Below are positions 41,387 to 51,941 of a DNA stretch of 64,000 bases, one piece after another; positions within the stretch are counted from its first letter, which is position 1, and each line of letters starts with the position of its first letter. Under the pieces are notes generated by a model. The model ran no database searches and was not told where the DNA came from. It was given only the letters and a program-made list of their open reading frames with translations. A program made the translations under genes and the position numbers. The stretch comes from Bacteroidota bacterium (GTDB lineage Bacteria; Bacteroidota; Bacteroidia; J057; JADKCL01), in assembly GCA_016718825.1 (NCBI GenBank), contig JADKCL010000001.1:152574-216573 (forward strand), read 5' to 3'.

Positions 41387-44032
41387 ATGAGGCATTATTA
41401 TTTCTTCATTGTTCATGATTCATTGCTAACTTTTGCCTCTGTTTCGCCTGCTAAGACGTTGTTGCAGTTTCACCGATATAAAAAGCCATTCTTACACGGC
41501 TCTTTGTTTGTCCTATTGCTGGGACTAAGCGGCATTTTGTTGGGGCAGAAGGTGCAATTTGGCGGGTCAGTCGTGGATTCCGTAACGCAGGAGGCCCTTC
41601 CTTTGGTCTCTGTTGTTTTGGACGGCACCACTTACGGCGTGAACACCAACCTCGAAGGAGCCTTTCTTTTTGTCGTTCCCAAGGGAAGGTACAAGGTATT
41701 GGTGAGGGCATCAGGCTACAAGCCGTTTTCGGATAGCATCACGATCGACGGTGACGTCACCGATTACAAAGTGCAGGTCAAACCGGTGAGCATGGCCCTG
41801 GACGAAATCGTGATTACCTCCAAGGCGGTGAATCCCGCCCACAGAGTGATCCGGAATGCGATTGCCAACCGCCGTTACAACCGATTCGACAAGATCGAAG
41901 CCTACGAATACGAAGCCTACAACAAGCTCGTGCTCACGATGGACAATGTCACCGACAAGTTTCTCAGCAGCAAACTTGTGCGCAACATCGGCAAGGAGGT
42001 GCAGGAAATCATGGGCGATTCAACGCATTCCGACAGTACCAAGTACAAAATCGCAGGATTTGTCTCGGAGAGCGTGAGCCGATTTTACTACAACCGGCCC
42101 GATCAGAAAAAGGAAGAAATTTTGGCGGTGCAGACCTCCGGCGTGAAAGGCTCGGAATACAATTTGTTGAATTCGATGTTGTTGCAGCTCGACATGTATG
42201 ACAACAACGTCGTGATTGTGGACCGCACATTTCTGAGTCCGATAGCGGATGGGGCTTTTGTGGACTACGATTTTTTCATGTTGAGCGTTGAAAGTTACGG
42301 GCAAGACACACTGTACGGCATCCAAGTGCTACCCAAGCGCCCGTATGATCCGGTTTTCAAAGGCACGATTTACATCGACAACCACCGCTGGGCCATCAAC
42401 CGGTTGGATTTGGTCCTGAATGAAAATCCGAACGTCAACTTTGTCGAAGACATCCGCATTCGGCAGGAATACGGGGAAGTGGATTCTTTTTGGGTGCCGA
42501 CGTTGCTGGATATCGAGGTCGATTTTCAAAACAGCGTGATGAAGCGCAAGGGCGGCAAAGGGATCAGCATTATCGGCCGCAGCAGCTCACATATATATAA
42601 CTACAAAATCAATCAGCCCAAGGATCCGAAGTTCTTTCAACAGGAAGTGATGGAGGTGATGCAAGGTGCTGAGAGCAAGGATTCCACGTATTGGGCCGAA
42701 GCCAGGAAGTCGCCTTTGGACAAAAGCGAGCAGCTGGGCTTTGCCTTGGTCGATTCGCTGCGCTCGAGAGGGGTTTTGGATTTTTACATTGAGGCGACAA
42801 GGCTGATCGGCTGGGGAACCTACAAGCGGAAGTACTGGGAGGTCGGCCCCTATTTTTATGTGATCGGCTTCAATCAGGCAGAAGGGATGCGTTCGCGTTG
42901 CGGGTTCTACACCCGTCCCGATTTCAGCAATTGGTTCTACTTTGGCGGCCATTTGGCGTATGGATTCGGAGACAAGCGCCTCAAATACCAAGTCGAAACC
43001 AAGTTCCGCCTCGTCCGCAAACCCAAGCTCGAGCTCGGGCTCAAGCGCACGTATGAAGTGGAGCAAGTCGGATTCGAAAATTTCCTCAACAACGGCACGA
43101 GTCTGTTGCAAAGCAGTTTGCGCAGGGTTCCGCTCACGCAGCTCAACTACTATGGCGAAAACCGTGTCGATGTTTACACCGACATCATGAAGGGACTTTC
43201 GGGTGATTTTTACTTCCGCACAAAATCCTTTGAGCCGGCAAGGACATTCGCCTTTGGTTTTGAGCGGCCCGATGGCGGGCTGGGGTCGGAGTATTCAATC
43301 GCAGAGGTCGGGGCTGATCTACGCCTGTCGTTCAAGGAAAAGTACATTACAGATTCCCGCGGAGACAGGAAATACGTTGGGACGAAATACCCGGTTTTTC
43401 AACTCAAGTACCGTCACGGCTTTGACGGTTTGCTGCAAGGTCAGTACAAATACGATGCTGCCGAAGTGCAAATGGGCAATTTCGTGCGAATGGGACGTTA
43501 TGGATGGTTTCGCTACGACCTCCGGGCAGGACAAGTCTTCGGGACTTTGCCCTTTCCTTCGCTGCATGTTTTCAGGGGGAATATGTCTTGGGGCTATGAC
43601 CGTTATGGCTTCAACCTGATGAATTACTACGAATTTGTAGCAGATCGTTATGTGACATTTGCGGGGGAGCAACATTTTGAAGGATTGATCTGGAACCAAT
43701 TGCCTTTGCTACGCAAGCTCAAATGGAAGGAAGTTTTGACCTGTCGCTTGGCTTGGGGTTCCTTGACTCCGGCCAATCAGCAGCTTAACGATGCCCTGAT
43801 TCCGCGCTTGGATGGCAGTTTCGAGCACCAACAAATCAAGGCCCCGACAAAAGTGCCCTATCTCGAGGCTGGGGCAGGACTTTATAATATTTTTAAGGTG
43901 CTGCGTGTCGATGCGATTTGGCGTTTGAACTATTTTGACCTTTCCTACAAGACTGACCCGGGGGTTCCCAAAGCAAATTGGGGCCGCTTCAACAATTTTG
44001 GGTTGCGCGCAGATTTCAGCATTACGTTCTGA
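41387..44032 (+). CDS. CarboxypepD_reg + DUF5686-type outer-membrane-associated protein
   Basis: The N-terminal carboxypeptidase-regulatory-like domain is GSVVDSVTQEALPLVSVVLDGTTYGVNTNLEGAFLFVVPKGRYKVLVRASGYK. A long beta-rich region ends in ...FGLRADFSITF. The start is uncertain (the ORF is open from 41327). Confidence 0.65.
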   Translation: MRHYYFFIVHDSLLTFASVSPAKTLLQFHRYKKPFLHGSLFVLLLGLSGILLGQKVQFGGSVVDSVTQEALPLVSVVLDGTTYGVNTNLEGAFLFVVPKGRYKVLVRASGYKPFSDSITIDGDVTDYKVQVKPVSMALDEIVITSKAVNPAHRVIRNAIANRRYNRFDKIEAYEYEAYNKLVLTMDNVTDKFLSSKLVRNIGKEVQEIMGDSTHSDSTKYKIAGFVSESVSRFYYNRPDQKKEEILAVQTSGVKGSEYNLLNSMLLQLDMYDNNVVIVDRTFLSPIADGAFVDYDFFMLSVESYGQDTLYGIQVLPKRPYDPVFKGTIYIDNHRWAINRLDLVLNENPNVNFVEDIRIRQEYGEVDSFWVPTLLDIEVDFQNSVMKRKGGKGISIIGRSSSHIYNYKINQPKDPKFFQQEVMEVMQGAESKDSTYWAEARKSPLDKSEQLGFALVDSLRSRGVLDFYIEATRLIGWGTYKRKYWEVGPYFYVIGFNQAEGMRSRCGFYTRPDFSNWFYFGGHLAYGFGDKRLKYQVETKFRLVRKPKLELGLKRTYEVEQVGFENFLNNGTSLLQSSLRRVPLTQLNYYGENRVDVYTDIMKGLSGDFYFRTKSFEPARTFAFGFERPDGGLGSEYSIAEVGADLRLSFKEKYITDSRGDRKYVGTKYPVFQLKYRHGFDGLLQGQYKYDAAEVQMGNFVRMGRYGWFRYDLRAGQVFGTLPFPSLHVFRGNMSWGYDRYGFNLMNYYEFVADRYVTFAGEQHFEGLIWNQLPLLRKLKWKEVLTCRLAWGSLTPANQQLNDALIPRLDGSFEHQQIKAPTKVPYLEAGAGLYNIFKVLRVDAIWRLNYFDLSYKTDPGVPKANWGRFNNFGLRADFSITF

Positions 44033-44298
44033 CAGTTAGCACAATCCGAAAATCCTGAATTTGCTCATCTTTTTCTTTGCGGTTGAGCATCAACCGACCA
44101 AAAAAATCCATTGTTGAATAAACTGTGGATAAATAATTTATTCCTATCTTGATGCCCTTTAGTGATAGCGGAAGCTTGGCTAGGAATCAAAACGCGCTCA
44201 TTTGAAATTTTGTTGAACAAATGTTGCTGCTTCAGCGGGGTTCATCCTGTGGACTTGAAGGGCGACGATACGTTTTACGAAATTGAAAATGAAGGACT

Positions 44299-47200
44299 TT
44301 GAAGTTTCGAATCGAGCAAGATCGGAATAGAATGCTTAATCGTCTGAATTTTATGCGGGAAGTCTACGAACTCTCACCCTGTTCGGTATTCTACAATCCA
44401 GACCTTGTGCCAAAGCAAGGGAGTCGTGCATTGTCGGCACGCGTGAAGCCTTGGCTGTTGATGGTTTTGGTATGTTGTCTTGCCGGGTGGGCACAGGCCC
44501 AGGAAATTTGCAACAATGGAATTGATGACGACAACGACGGCTACGTCGACTGCTATGACATCGATTGCTCTGGGAATTTTGCATGTACATCACAGCTTTT
44601 TGGCGGCGCGGTGCCTGGCTGTCAGTACGTTCCGACGCCAGCTCCGTCATTTCAGATGAGCCTTTTGTGGGCTACCGACAGCATTGCCCAGCCATTGACC
44701 ACGCGTCGCACCCCGATTATCGGCGACATCGATATCGACGGTGTGCCCGAAGTGATCACAGGGACCGCTGCGATTGCAAGCGGCACCTACGTTTACAATG
44801 GCGCAAACGGAATCCTTGAACGTACCATTGCTTCTTCGCCCTTTGCGCTCAGTTACGGTGCACATGCAATCGGCGACATTGACAACGACGGATTTGGCGA
44901 AATCCTCATGGTTTCCCAAAACAGCTCAGGCAGGCAATTGCTTTGTTATGAGCACAATGGAAACTTGAAGTGGACATCTTCGACACAGGTTGGCTTCGGC
45001 GTTGCTGATGAAACCTGGACGCCGCTGATCGCAGATTTTGAGGAAGACGGCTTGCCGGAAATCTACATGGGCAACCAGATTTTTAATGGTGCGACTGGAG
45101 CTTTGATCGTTTCAGGAACCGGATCTGCAAGCCGCGGCGCCAATGCTGGTTCACCCAATGAACCCTTTTCTGTCGCTGCAGACGTCTTGCCAACCGGATT
45201 TTGTGCCGACTGCGCTGGACTGGAATTGGTTGCTGGCAATACCGTGTATGCCATCAACCTTCTCGCCGGCACGATGGTAGCCCAAAACGTGCCCAATGCA
45301 GGCATGTTTGACGGAATGACATCTTTGGCAGATATGGACCGTGATGGTGATGTCGATGCCGTTGTCGTAGGTCAGAATGGTCTGACGCGTGGTGCCGTTT
45401 ATATTTGGGATATTCAAACAGGTGTGGTAATCGCCTCACCTTTTCAAATCGACGGTGCTGCCAATGCATCGGGAATCACGAGCTCCGGCGGATTGGCCAC
45501 CATCGCCGACCTCGACAACAACGGATTTCCGGAGGTTTTGGTCGGCGGGCGCAATGTGCTCGTAGCACTGAACTTCAACGTTGGGTTGAATAACTTTTCC
45601 GAACGCTGGTCCTTGGCCTCTATTGACAATTCGGGTCGTCTGGGTTGTACTGTTTTTGACTTCGAAGGTGACGGTACCAAGGAAGTTGTCTATCGTGATG
45701 ATGCTGTGCTGCGCGTTTTGGCGGGTGCAAATGGCGCCGTCAGGTTCACGACGACCTGTCCTTCTTCCTCGCGGATGGAAACCCCGGTCGTCGTCGACGT
45801 CGACAACAACGGGCAGGCCAATATCGTTTGCCAATGCAACAACAGCGTCAAAGCCTATCAGCCATTGCTCAGTACTTGGGTGCCGGCACGTGGCATCTGG
45901 AACCAACGCAGCTATTTTGTGCTGAATGTGCGCGACAATCTCCGCATTCCGCGACAGCAGCAAGGGCAGGAACTGGGCTTTCCCGTCGGCGCTCCCGTCA
46001 ACTATCCTTTTAATGTGTTCATGAGTCAGACCACGCGTCTGGCCAACAATGGCGCCATTGTCTACCCTGCCGCCAATGATCAAATCTCCATCCTGAATCC
46101 GGTGGCCGACATCAACCTCGGCCCCTGTCAAGACGGCATCAATGACTCCATCGGTCTGCGATTGACGGTTCGCAACACCGGAAATGCCCCGATTCCGATC
46201 GGCACGCCGATCTCCTTTTACAATGGAAATCCCTACGCGATCGGAGCGACATTCCTCAGGTCCTACAACATGTTGCAAGCTGTACCCATCGGGGGAAGCC
46301 TTACGCTGCCGTTTGTGTACGTCGATGATCAGGGAGGCACGATGAATCTGCATTTTCAGATCAACGACCTCGGAACCAATCCGATTCCGATGACCGCGCC
46401 GGCAAATGCCCACCTTGAATGCAACTACCTCAACAACATCGGCAACTTGCAAGTGACAAGCTGCGGCAATTTGCCCCCTGCGGTGGATACATTCGGCCTG
46501 CAAACGGATACGATTTTGTTTACCTCCTTTGAAGACACCCCGGCGCAGCTTTGTATTTCAGCGACCGATCCGCAGTCCGATGCCCACGATGTGACAGGCT
46601 TGATCGGAAGTATTGCCTTGGGTTCCGCCACCGGACTAAATGATGGCGATAGTTGTATCACCCTCACCCCATTGCCAAGCTCCACCGGCCAATCGACATT
46701 TTCGCTGATTATTTGCGACAATGGCAACGTTCCGCTTTGCGATACGGTGTTTGTGATTTGGACGCTTGCACCTTTGAATGACCGTCCCGTTGCACTGGAT
46801 GATGCGATCACCACCAACGAAGACACCCCTGTCTCCATTCCGCTCTTGGGAAATGACTTTGACGCTGAAAACGATCCGCTTGCGGTGACCTTGATCGGCG
46901 GGCCTTTGCATGGAACGGCGGCCATGAACTTGAACAATTTGGATTATACGCCTGGCTTCAACTACGTCGGGTTTGATACCATCGTTTACAGGGTTTGTGA
47001 CAATGCTTTGCCCGTCGGCTGCGACACGGCAACCATCATCATTACCATTCTCCCCATCAACGACAATCCGCTTGCTGTTGATGATTCGATCACGCTGCCC
47101 AACGATACGACGCAGGTCAATGTGCCGATCATTGTCAACGATAGCGATCCCGAATCAGGCGTGTTGTCGATCACCATCGGCTGCCCACCGGCCCATGGCA

Positions 47201-48198
47201 CCGCCACGGTCAATACCAACACCCTCCAAATTGTGTATGTCCCCGATCCGACCTACATCGGCTTGGACTCGCTCTGTTACATTCTCTGCGATGACGGAAA
47301 CCCTGTGCTTTGCGACACCGCTTATGTGTATTTCAACATCTTCAATGGCAATGAACCGCCGTTGGCAGTGGATGACATGGACACCACGCTCTTGCAAGAC
47401 ACCGTGTTGATCTCGATCATACCCAACGACAGCGATCCCAACGGCGATGCCTTTTCTACGACCGCATTGATTTGCGGACCGATGAATGGAACCGTCACCT
47501 TGGACACGCTGCTTGGTATCCTGACCTACGTGCCCAATGTCGGCTACCTTGGACCCGATTCGATTTGTTATGTCATTTGCGATGTTCCCGTCGGTGGCCC
47601 ATCCTATTGCGACACCGCTGTGGTTTACATCCAGGTGAATACCAGCAATATCCCGCCGGATGCGATCACGGATACACTCACGGTTGCATTTACGCTCACC
47701 GGCACACGTGACCTCCTCGCCAATGACAGCGATGCCAATGCGCTTGACAGCTTGTTTGTCACGATCCTTTTGCAGCCTTCCAATGGCACCGCCTTGCTCA
47801 ACAACGGTGTCATTACCTACACGCCCAATCCGACATTTTACGGACTCGATAGCCTCTGCTATCAGCTCTGTGACAACGGCATTCCGGTGATGTGTGACAC
47901 GGCCTGTGCCTACTTCACGGTCCTTCCTCCGGTCGATATCATTGTCCCCAATGGATTTTCGCCGAATGGGGATGGGGCCAATGACTTCTTGGTCATCGAT
48001 GCCGTGCAGTTGTATCCCGACAATACCTTTCAGGTATTCACGCGCTGGGGAACCACGGTGTTTGAGGCAAATGGCTATAACAATGAATGGGACGGCACTT
48101 ACAAGGGGAACGCAGTACCCGATGGCACCTATTTTTACAGGCTCGATCCGGGGGATGGGTCTGACGTAATTACTGGTTTTGTATTGCTGTACAGATAA
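44299..48198 (+). CDS. giant adhesin-like protein: Cys/Asp metal-binding motif, FG-GAP/VCBS propeller, tandem Ig/cadherin-like repeats, and a T9SS type B CTD (gliding-associated C-terminal domain)
   Basis: The signal-like VKPWLLMVLVCCLAGWAQAQ suggests the true start may be the GTG at 44443. CNNGIDDDNDGYVDCYDIDC and FG-GAP motifs (DIDIDGVPE, DIDNDGFGE, DMDRDGDVD, DLDNNGFPE) are followed by at least 6 repeats of NDxPxAxDDxxT...V.ND.D...D. The C-terminus IVPNGFSPNGDGANDFLVID...FTRWGTTVFE...WDGTYKGNAVPDGTYFY...GFVLLYR is the type B sorting domain. Confidence 0.85.
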   Translation: MKFRIEQDRNRMLNRLNFMREVYELSPCSVFYNPDLVPKQGSRALSARVKPWLLMVLVCCLAGWAQAQEICNNGIDDDNDGYVDCYDIDCSGNFACTSQLFGGAVPGCQYVPTPAPSFQMSLLWATDSIAQPLTTRRTPIIGDIDIDGVPEVITGTAAIASGTYVYNGANGILERTIASSPFALSYGAHAIGDIDNDGFGEILMVSQNSSGRQLLCYEHNGNLKWTSSTQVGFGVADETWTPLIADFEEDGLPEIYMGNQIFNGATGALIVSGTGSASRGANAGSPNEPFSVAADVLPTGFCADCAGLELVAGNTVYAINLLAGTMVAQNVPNAGMFDGMTSLADMDRDGDVDAVVVGQNGLTRGAVYIWDIQTGVVIASPFQIDGAANASGITSSGGLATIADLDNNGFPEVLVGGRNVLVALNFNVGLNNFSERWSLASIDNSGRLGCTVFDFEGDGTKEVVYRDDAVLRVLAGANGAVRFTTTCPSSSRMETPVVVDVDNNGQANIVCQCNNSVKAYQPLLSTWVPARGIWNQRSYFVLNVRDNLRIPRQQQGQELGFPVGAPVNYPFNVFMSQTTRLANNGAIVYPAANDQISILNPVADINLGPCQDGINDSIGLRLTVRNTGNAPIPIGTPISFYNGNPYAIGATFLRSYNMLQAVPIGGSLTLPFVYVDDQGGTMNLHFQINDLGTNPIPMTAPANAHLECNYLNNIGNLQVTSCGNLPPAVDTFGLQTDTILFTSFEDTPAQLCISATDPQSDAHDVTGLIGSIALGSATGLNDGDSCITLTPLPSSTGQSTFSLIICDNGNVPLCDTVFVIWTLAPLNDRPVALDDAITTNEDTPVSIPLLGNDFDAENDPLAVTLIGGPLHGTAAMNLNNLDYTPGFNYVGFDTIVYRVCDNALPVGCDTATIIITILPINDNPLAVDDSITLPNDTTQVNVPIIVNDSDPESGVLSITIGCPPAHGTATVNTNTLQIVYVPDPTYIGLDSLCYILCDDGNPVLCDTAYVYFNIFNGNEPPLAVDDMDTTLLQDTVLISIIPNDSDPNGDAFSTTALICGPMNGTVTLDTLLGILTYVPNVGYLGPDSICYVICDVPVGGPSYCDTAVVYIQVNTSNIPPDAITDTLTVAFTLTGTRDLLANDSDANALDSLFVTILLQPSNGTALLNNGVITYTPNPTFYGLDSLCYQLCDNGIPVMCDTACAYFTVLPPVDIIVPNGFSPNGDGANDFLVIDAVQLYPDNTFQVFTRWGTTVFEANGYNNEWDGTYKGNAVPDGTYFYRLDPGDGSDVITGFVLLYR

Positions 48199-48215
48199 TC
48201 AGGAGGACGAGAATC

Positions 48216-49187
48216 ATGAAAATGCAGAATACAATTTCTCCAAGAAATTCCCGATTGAAGCGGGTTTGGATGCTCATTCTCCTTGCAATGACCTTGGCAG
48301 GTGCGCAACAAGGCGTGCAGGCGCAGCAGGATGCGCAATACTCGCAGTACATGTTCAATCAACTCGTGTACAACCCCGCCTATACGGGGAGCAGGGAGGC
48401 ATTGAGCGCAACGGTGTTGCTGCGCCGCCAATGGCTGGGCTATGTCGGCGGCCCTGCAACCGGAAACATCAGTGTGCATGCACCGATTGCCAACGAACGC
48501 CATGGCGTCGGCTTCATGTTTGCCCAAGATCACTTGGGTGTCACAAGCACGAGCAACTTGGCGCTGTCCTATGCCTATCGCCTGCCGGTCGGGACCGGGT
48601 TTCTCAACCTTGGTTTGAATGCCGGCGTGATGCAATACAAAACCAAGTTTTCTGAAGTGCATCCAATGGATCCTGATCCCATCAAACCCAACGTTGACGT
48701 GTCCGCCTTGTTGCCGCGTGCAGGCGCAGGGGCATACTTCCATACGCCAAAGTTTTTTGCCGGATTTTCCGTGCCCAATCTTTTGGCAGGACGGTATTTT
48801 GGGACGAGCAATCCGACCGCGGGCCTGCTGGCTTCAAAGCAATCGATGCACTTTTTCACGATGGCAGGCGCGATTTTGCCGATGGGCAGCAATGTGAGCT
48901 TTCGTCCAAGTGCCGTGCTGAAAATGGTGCCGCATTCGCCGATGCAAGTCGACATCAACACCACGTTTTTCTTTGCGAAAGTGCTGGGAATTGGTGTCGG
49001 TTACCGCACCTCCGATGCCTTGGTGTTTATGTTGGAATACCAAAGCTTGCGCCGTTTCCGTGCAGGCTATGCCTTTGACATGACACTTTCGCCTTTGCGC
49101 AACACCAATTCTGGTTCGCATGAACTTATGATCGGGGTCGACCTCGGTTGGGGCAAAGCCAACTTCATGACTCCACGTTATTTCTGA
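48216..49187 (+). CDS. T9SS membrane protein, PorP/SprF family, cognate to the upstream type B CTD protein
   Basis: 323 aa with a signal peptide, QQDAQYSQYMFNQLVYNPAYTGS and a C-terminal SGSHELMIGV. It lies immediately downstream of type B CTD cargo. Confidence 0.85.
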   Translation: MKMQNTISPRNSRLKRVWMLILLAMTLAGAQQGVQAQQDAQYSQYMFNQLVYNPAYTGSREALSATVLLRRQWLGYVGGPATGNISVHAPIANERHGVGFMFAQDHLGVTSTSNLALSYAYRLPVGTGFLNLGLNAGVMQYKTKFSEVHPMDPDPIKPNVDVSALLPRAGAGAYFHTPKFFAGFSVPNLLAGRYFGTSNPTAGLLASKQSMHFFTMAGAILPMGSNVSFRPSAVLKMVPHSPMQVDINTTFFFAKVLGIGVGYRTSDALVFMLEYQSLRRFRAGYAFDMTLSPLRNTNSGSHELMIGVDLGWGKANFMTPRYF

Positions 49188-49207
49188 CCTTGAATCTCTG
49201 ATATCCC

Positions 49208-51919
49208 ATGAAAAAGTTTCTTAGCGTTGCCCTGATCTGCATATTGGCAGTCGCAACACAGACAGCACAAGCGCAATTGGGCCGCGCCAACAAAAGGTTT
49301 GACCGTCGGGAATACGCCAAAGCCATTCCGCTGTATCAACGCCACTTGGAAAAGGTGCCCATCAGCGAAGAAGGCATGGAAAAGCTTGCCCATAGCTATC
49401 GCCAAATCAATGACTCGCGCAACGCGGAATATTGGTACAACCGGTTGATCAAGGCTGGCAACAAGGATCCGCAAAACGTCTTCTACTTTGCTCAAATGCT
49501 CATTAACAATGAGAAATGGGAAGATGCGGCCCCCTTGCTCGAGAAATATCTGCAAGAACGCGATTGGGATGAAGTGGCTCAAAACATGCTCAAATCTGCC
49601 AAAAGCTACAAAGAGTATATGGCTGATTCCACGATGTACATCGTGAAGGGCACGAATATCAATACCGCCAAGGCGGAGTTCAGCCCCACGATTTACAGGA
49701 ACTCCATTGTGTTTGCAAGTTCGCGGACCCCAGCCAAAAACATCTTCAATTGGACCGGAGACAACTTTTTGGACCTGTATCAAGCGCAGTATTTTGGCAA
49801 GGCTGAATTGGGCGAGCCCCAAATCCTGCCGGGATTGGCCAACAGTAAGTACCACGAAGGCGGTAGCACATTCAGCCCCGATGGCAACTTGATGTACTTT
49901 ACCCGCAACAATTACAATCAAGGCAAGCTCACAAAAGGCGAAAATGGATTGGTAAGGCTCAAAACGTTCCAAGCCGAACTTGTGCGCAACAAATGGGACA
50001 ACATCAAGGAAGTGCCTTTTAATGGTGAGGAATTCTCCGTTGGGCATCCAAGCTTGAGCCCTGACGGCAGCACCTTCTTTTTCGTTTCGGATATGACAGG
50101 TGGTGAGGGCGGCACGGATATTTGGATGGCAAAGAAGCAAGGTGAAACTTGGAGCAAGCCGGAAAACATGGGTCCACGCATCAATACCCCTGGCAATGAC
50201 ATGTTTCCTTGGGTGAGTCCGACAGGAGTGTTTTACTTTTCTTCGAATGGACATCCTGGTCTGGGCGGTCTCGACCTCTACCGCGTAACTTCAGTCGGCA
50301 CCGAGTTTGAGAAGGTTCAAAACATGGGCTACCCGGTAAACAGTCCACGCGACGACTTTTCCTTGGTGATCGACGAAAAATCCGGTGTCGGATTTTTCAG
50401 CTCCAACCGCAAGGGTGGAAAAGGAGACGACGACATTTATTCTTTCATTCAGCGCCAGGTTTTGGAAGGCCATGTGGTGGATGCTTCAACGGGCAAATCC
50501 ATCAACAATGCCAAGGTCGAAATCTATGGTGTAAAGGGTCTCCAAACGGTGATTCGCACTGACAGTGTAGGCCATTTCCGTTATGGTTTGGACAGAAACA
50601 CTGACTATAAATTGGTCGGTTCTGGCGATCATTATTTGGAGACACAGCAGATTGTAAGCACAGTGAGCTTCGACCCAACTGTACCGGTCGAAACGTTGAT
50701 CAAACTGGAAAAGGACAAGTCTGATCCCATCTACAATCTCAAAGGTAAGTTGGAAGCCGACAGCATCGTGAACCTCGAAGGCACCAAGGTGCGCATCATC
50801 GCCAAGGAAGTCGTGGTAATGGTGGACGAAAACGGAAACTTCGAATACCATCTTGCGCCAGAAACAGACTACGAAGTGCGTGTCGAGAAGGAAGGCTTCA
50901 TGGACAAGGTCATGGACATCACCACCAAAGGCATGGCGCCCGGCGACCTCAATTTGAATGCGATGCTCATGAAGTTGATGCCGGATACCGCATTGTACCG
51001 CATCTTCTACGACTACGATGATGCCTTTGTACGTAGCGATGCCTACAAGGAGTTGGACAAAGTGCTTGAATTCATGAAGCGCAATCCGACAGCAAAGATC
51101 AGGCTTGTTTCCCATGCCGACCCGCGCGGTTCGGAATCCTACAACGAGCAATTGTCACGTAAGCGTACCAACAGTGCTTTCACCTATTTGATGCGCCATG
51201 GTATTGCACAAAATCGTTTGGAGCAGGTTTGGTTGGGCGAACGCAGTCCGAAAAACAAGTGCCGCGATGGAATGGATTGCACAGAGGAAGAATACCAAGA
51301 GAATCGCCAAACCGAAATTCAATTCGGAGGAAAGATTCGTGACCGTGAAATGCCAAAGTTGGAAGTTGTCCCAATGGATCCCAACAGCGATTCCGGCACG
51401 AGCAAGGCAGACTTGAAAATGCAGGCCGAGCCTTCTGGCAAGGAGAAAATCAAGGCGGGTGCTCCTGCAGATCCGAAGGATAGCATCAAGGAAGGTACTG
51501 AGGTGGTCGAACCAACCAAAGAATCCGCTCCAGCTGAGCAGCCCAAAGAGGAAGCCAAAACCGAAGCTCCAGCCACCACGCCTGCTGAGCAGCCCAAAGA
51601 GGAGGCTAAAACGGCAGCACCAGCCTCGACGCCGGCTGAACAGCCCAAGGAAGAAGCGAAAACTGCGGCACCTGCCTCCACTCCTGCGGAACAGCCCAAA
51701 GAGGAAGCCAAAACCGCAGCACCAGCCTCGACGCCTGCTGAGCAGCCCAAAGAGGAAGCCAAAACTGTAGCACCTGTCGAAAAGGAAATGGTCGAGGAGC
51801 TTCGGAAGCCCGAAAACCTCATTCAGGACTTTGATGCACCGGCCGACAGTGCCAAGGGTGGCAATGCAGTACCGGTGACTCCGGGATCTGGCACAGCTGC
51901 CGATGGCAAGCCAAAATAG
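49208..51919 (+). CDS. OmpA-family protein (TPR + TolB-like PD40 repeats + CarboxypepD_reg + OmpA_C) with a repetitive PAEQPKEEAKT tail
   Basis: 903 aa with a signal peptide. PD40-type repeats are present (FSPTIYRNSIVFASSR, FSPDGNLMYFTRN, PSLSPDGSTFFFVSD, PWVSPTGVFYFSSN). The OmpA-like domain is IFYDYDDAFVRSDAYKELDKVLEFMKRNPTAKIRLVSHADPRGSESYNEQLSRKRTNSAFTYLMRHGI. Confidence 0.85.
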   Translation: MKKFLSVALICILAVATQTAQAQLGRANKRFDRREYAKAIPLYQRHLEKVPISEEGMEKLAHSYRQINDSRNAEYWYNRLIKAGNKDPQNVFYFAQMLINNEKWEDAAPLLEKYLQERDWDEVAQNMLKSAKSYKEYMADSTMYIVKGTNINTAKAEFSPTIYRNSIVFASSRTPAKNIFNWTGDNFLDLYQAQYFGKAELGEPQILPGLANSKYHEGGSTFSPDGNLMYFTRNNYNQGKLTKGENGLVRLKTFQAELVRNKWDNIKEVPFNGEEFSVGHPSLSPDGSTFFFVSDMTGGEGGTDIWMAKKQGETWSKPENMGPRINTPGNDMFPWVSPTGVFYFSSNGHPGLGGLDLYRVTSVGTEFEKVQNMGYPVNSPRDDFSLVIDEKSGVGFFSSNRKGGKGDDDIYSFIQRQVLEGHVVDASTGKSINNAKVEIYGVKGLQTVIRTDSVGHFRYGLDRNTDYKLVGSGDHYLETQQIVSTVSFDPTVPVETLIKLEKDKSDPIYNLKGKLEADSIVNLEGTKVRIIAKEVVVMVDENGNFEYHLAPETDYEVRVEKEGFMDKVMDITTKGMAPGDLNLNAMLMKLMPDTALYRIFYDYDDAFVRSDAYKELDKVLEFMKRNPTAKIRLVSHADPRGSESYNEQLSRKRTNSAFTYLMRHGIAQNRLEQVWLGERSPKNKCRDGMDCTEEEYQENRQTEIQFGGKIRDREMPKLEVVPMDPNSDSGTSKADLKMQAEPSGKEKIKAGAPADPKDSIKEGTEVVEPTKESAPAEQPKEEAKTEAPATTPAEQPKEEAKTAAPASTPAEQPKEEAKTAAPASTPAEQPKEEAKTAAPASTPAEQPKEEAKTVAPVEKEMVEELRKPENLIQDFDAPADSAKGGNAVPVTPGSGTAADGKPK
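51530..51784 (+). repeat. 5 x 51-nt in-frame tandem repeat encoding PAEQPKEEAKT(A/E)AP(A)(S/T)T
   Basis: Copies at 51530, 51581, 51632, 51683 and 51734. Copies 2-4 encode identical 17-mers but differ at many third-codon positions (11 synonymous differences between copies 2 and 3). Confidence 0.9.
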
Positions 51920-51941
51920 TTCTTCCGGGAAAATGATTCCC

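Noticed and set aside
39670-41418. 582-aa ORF on the plus strand
   Set aside because: It is antisense to ettA, whose two ABC cassettes are read clearly on the minus strand. It is a shadow ORF with V/G/F/D-rich composition.
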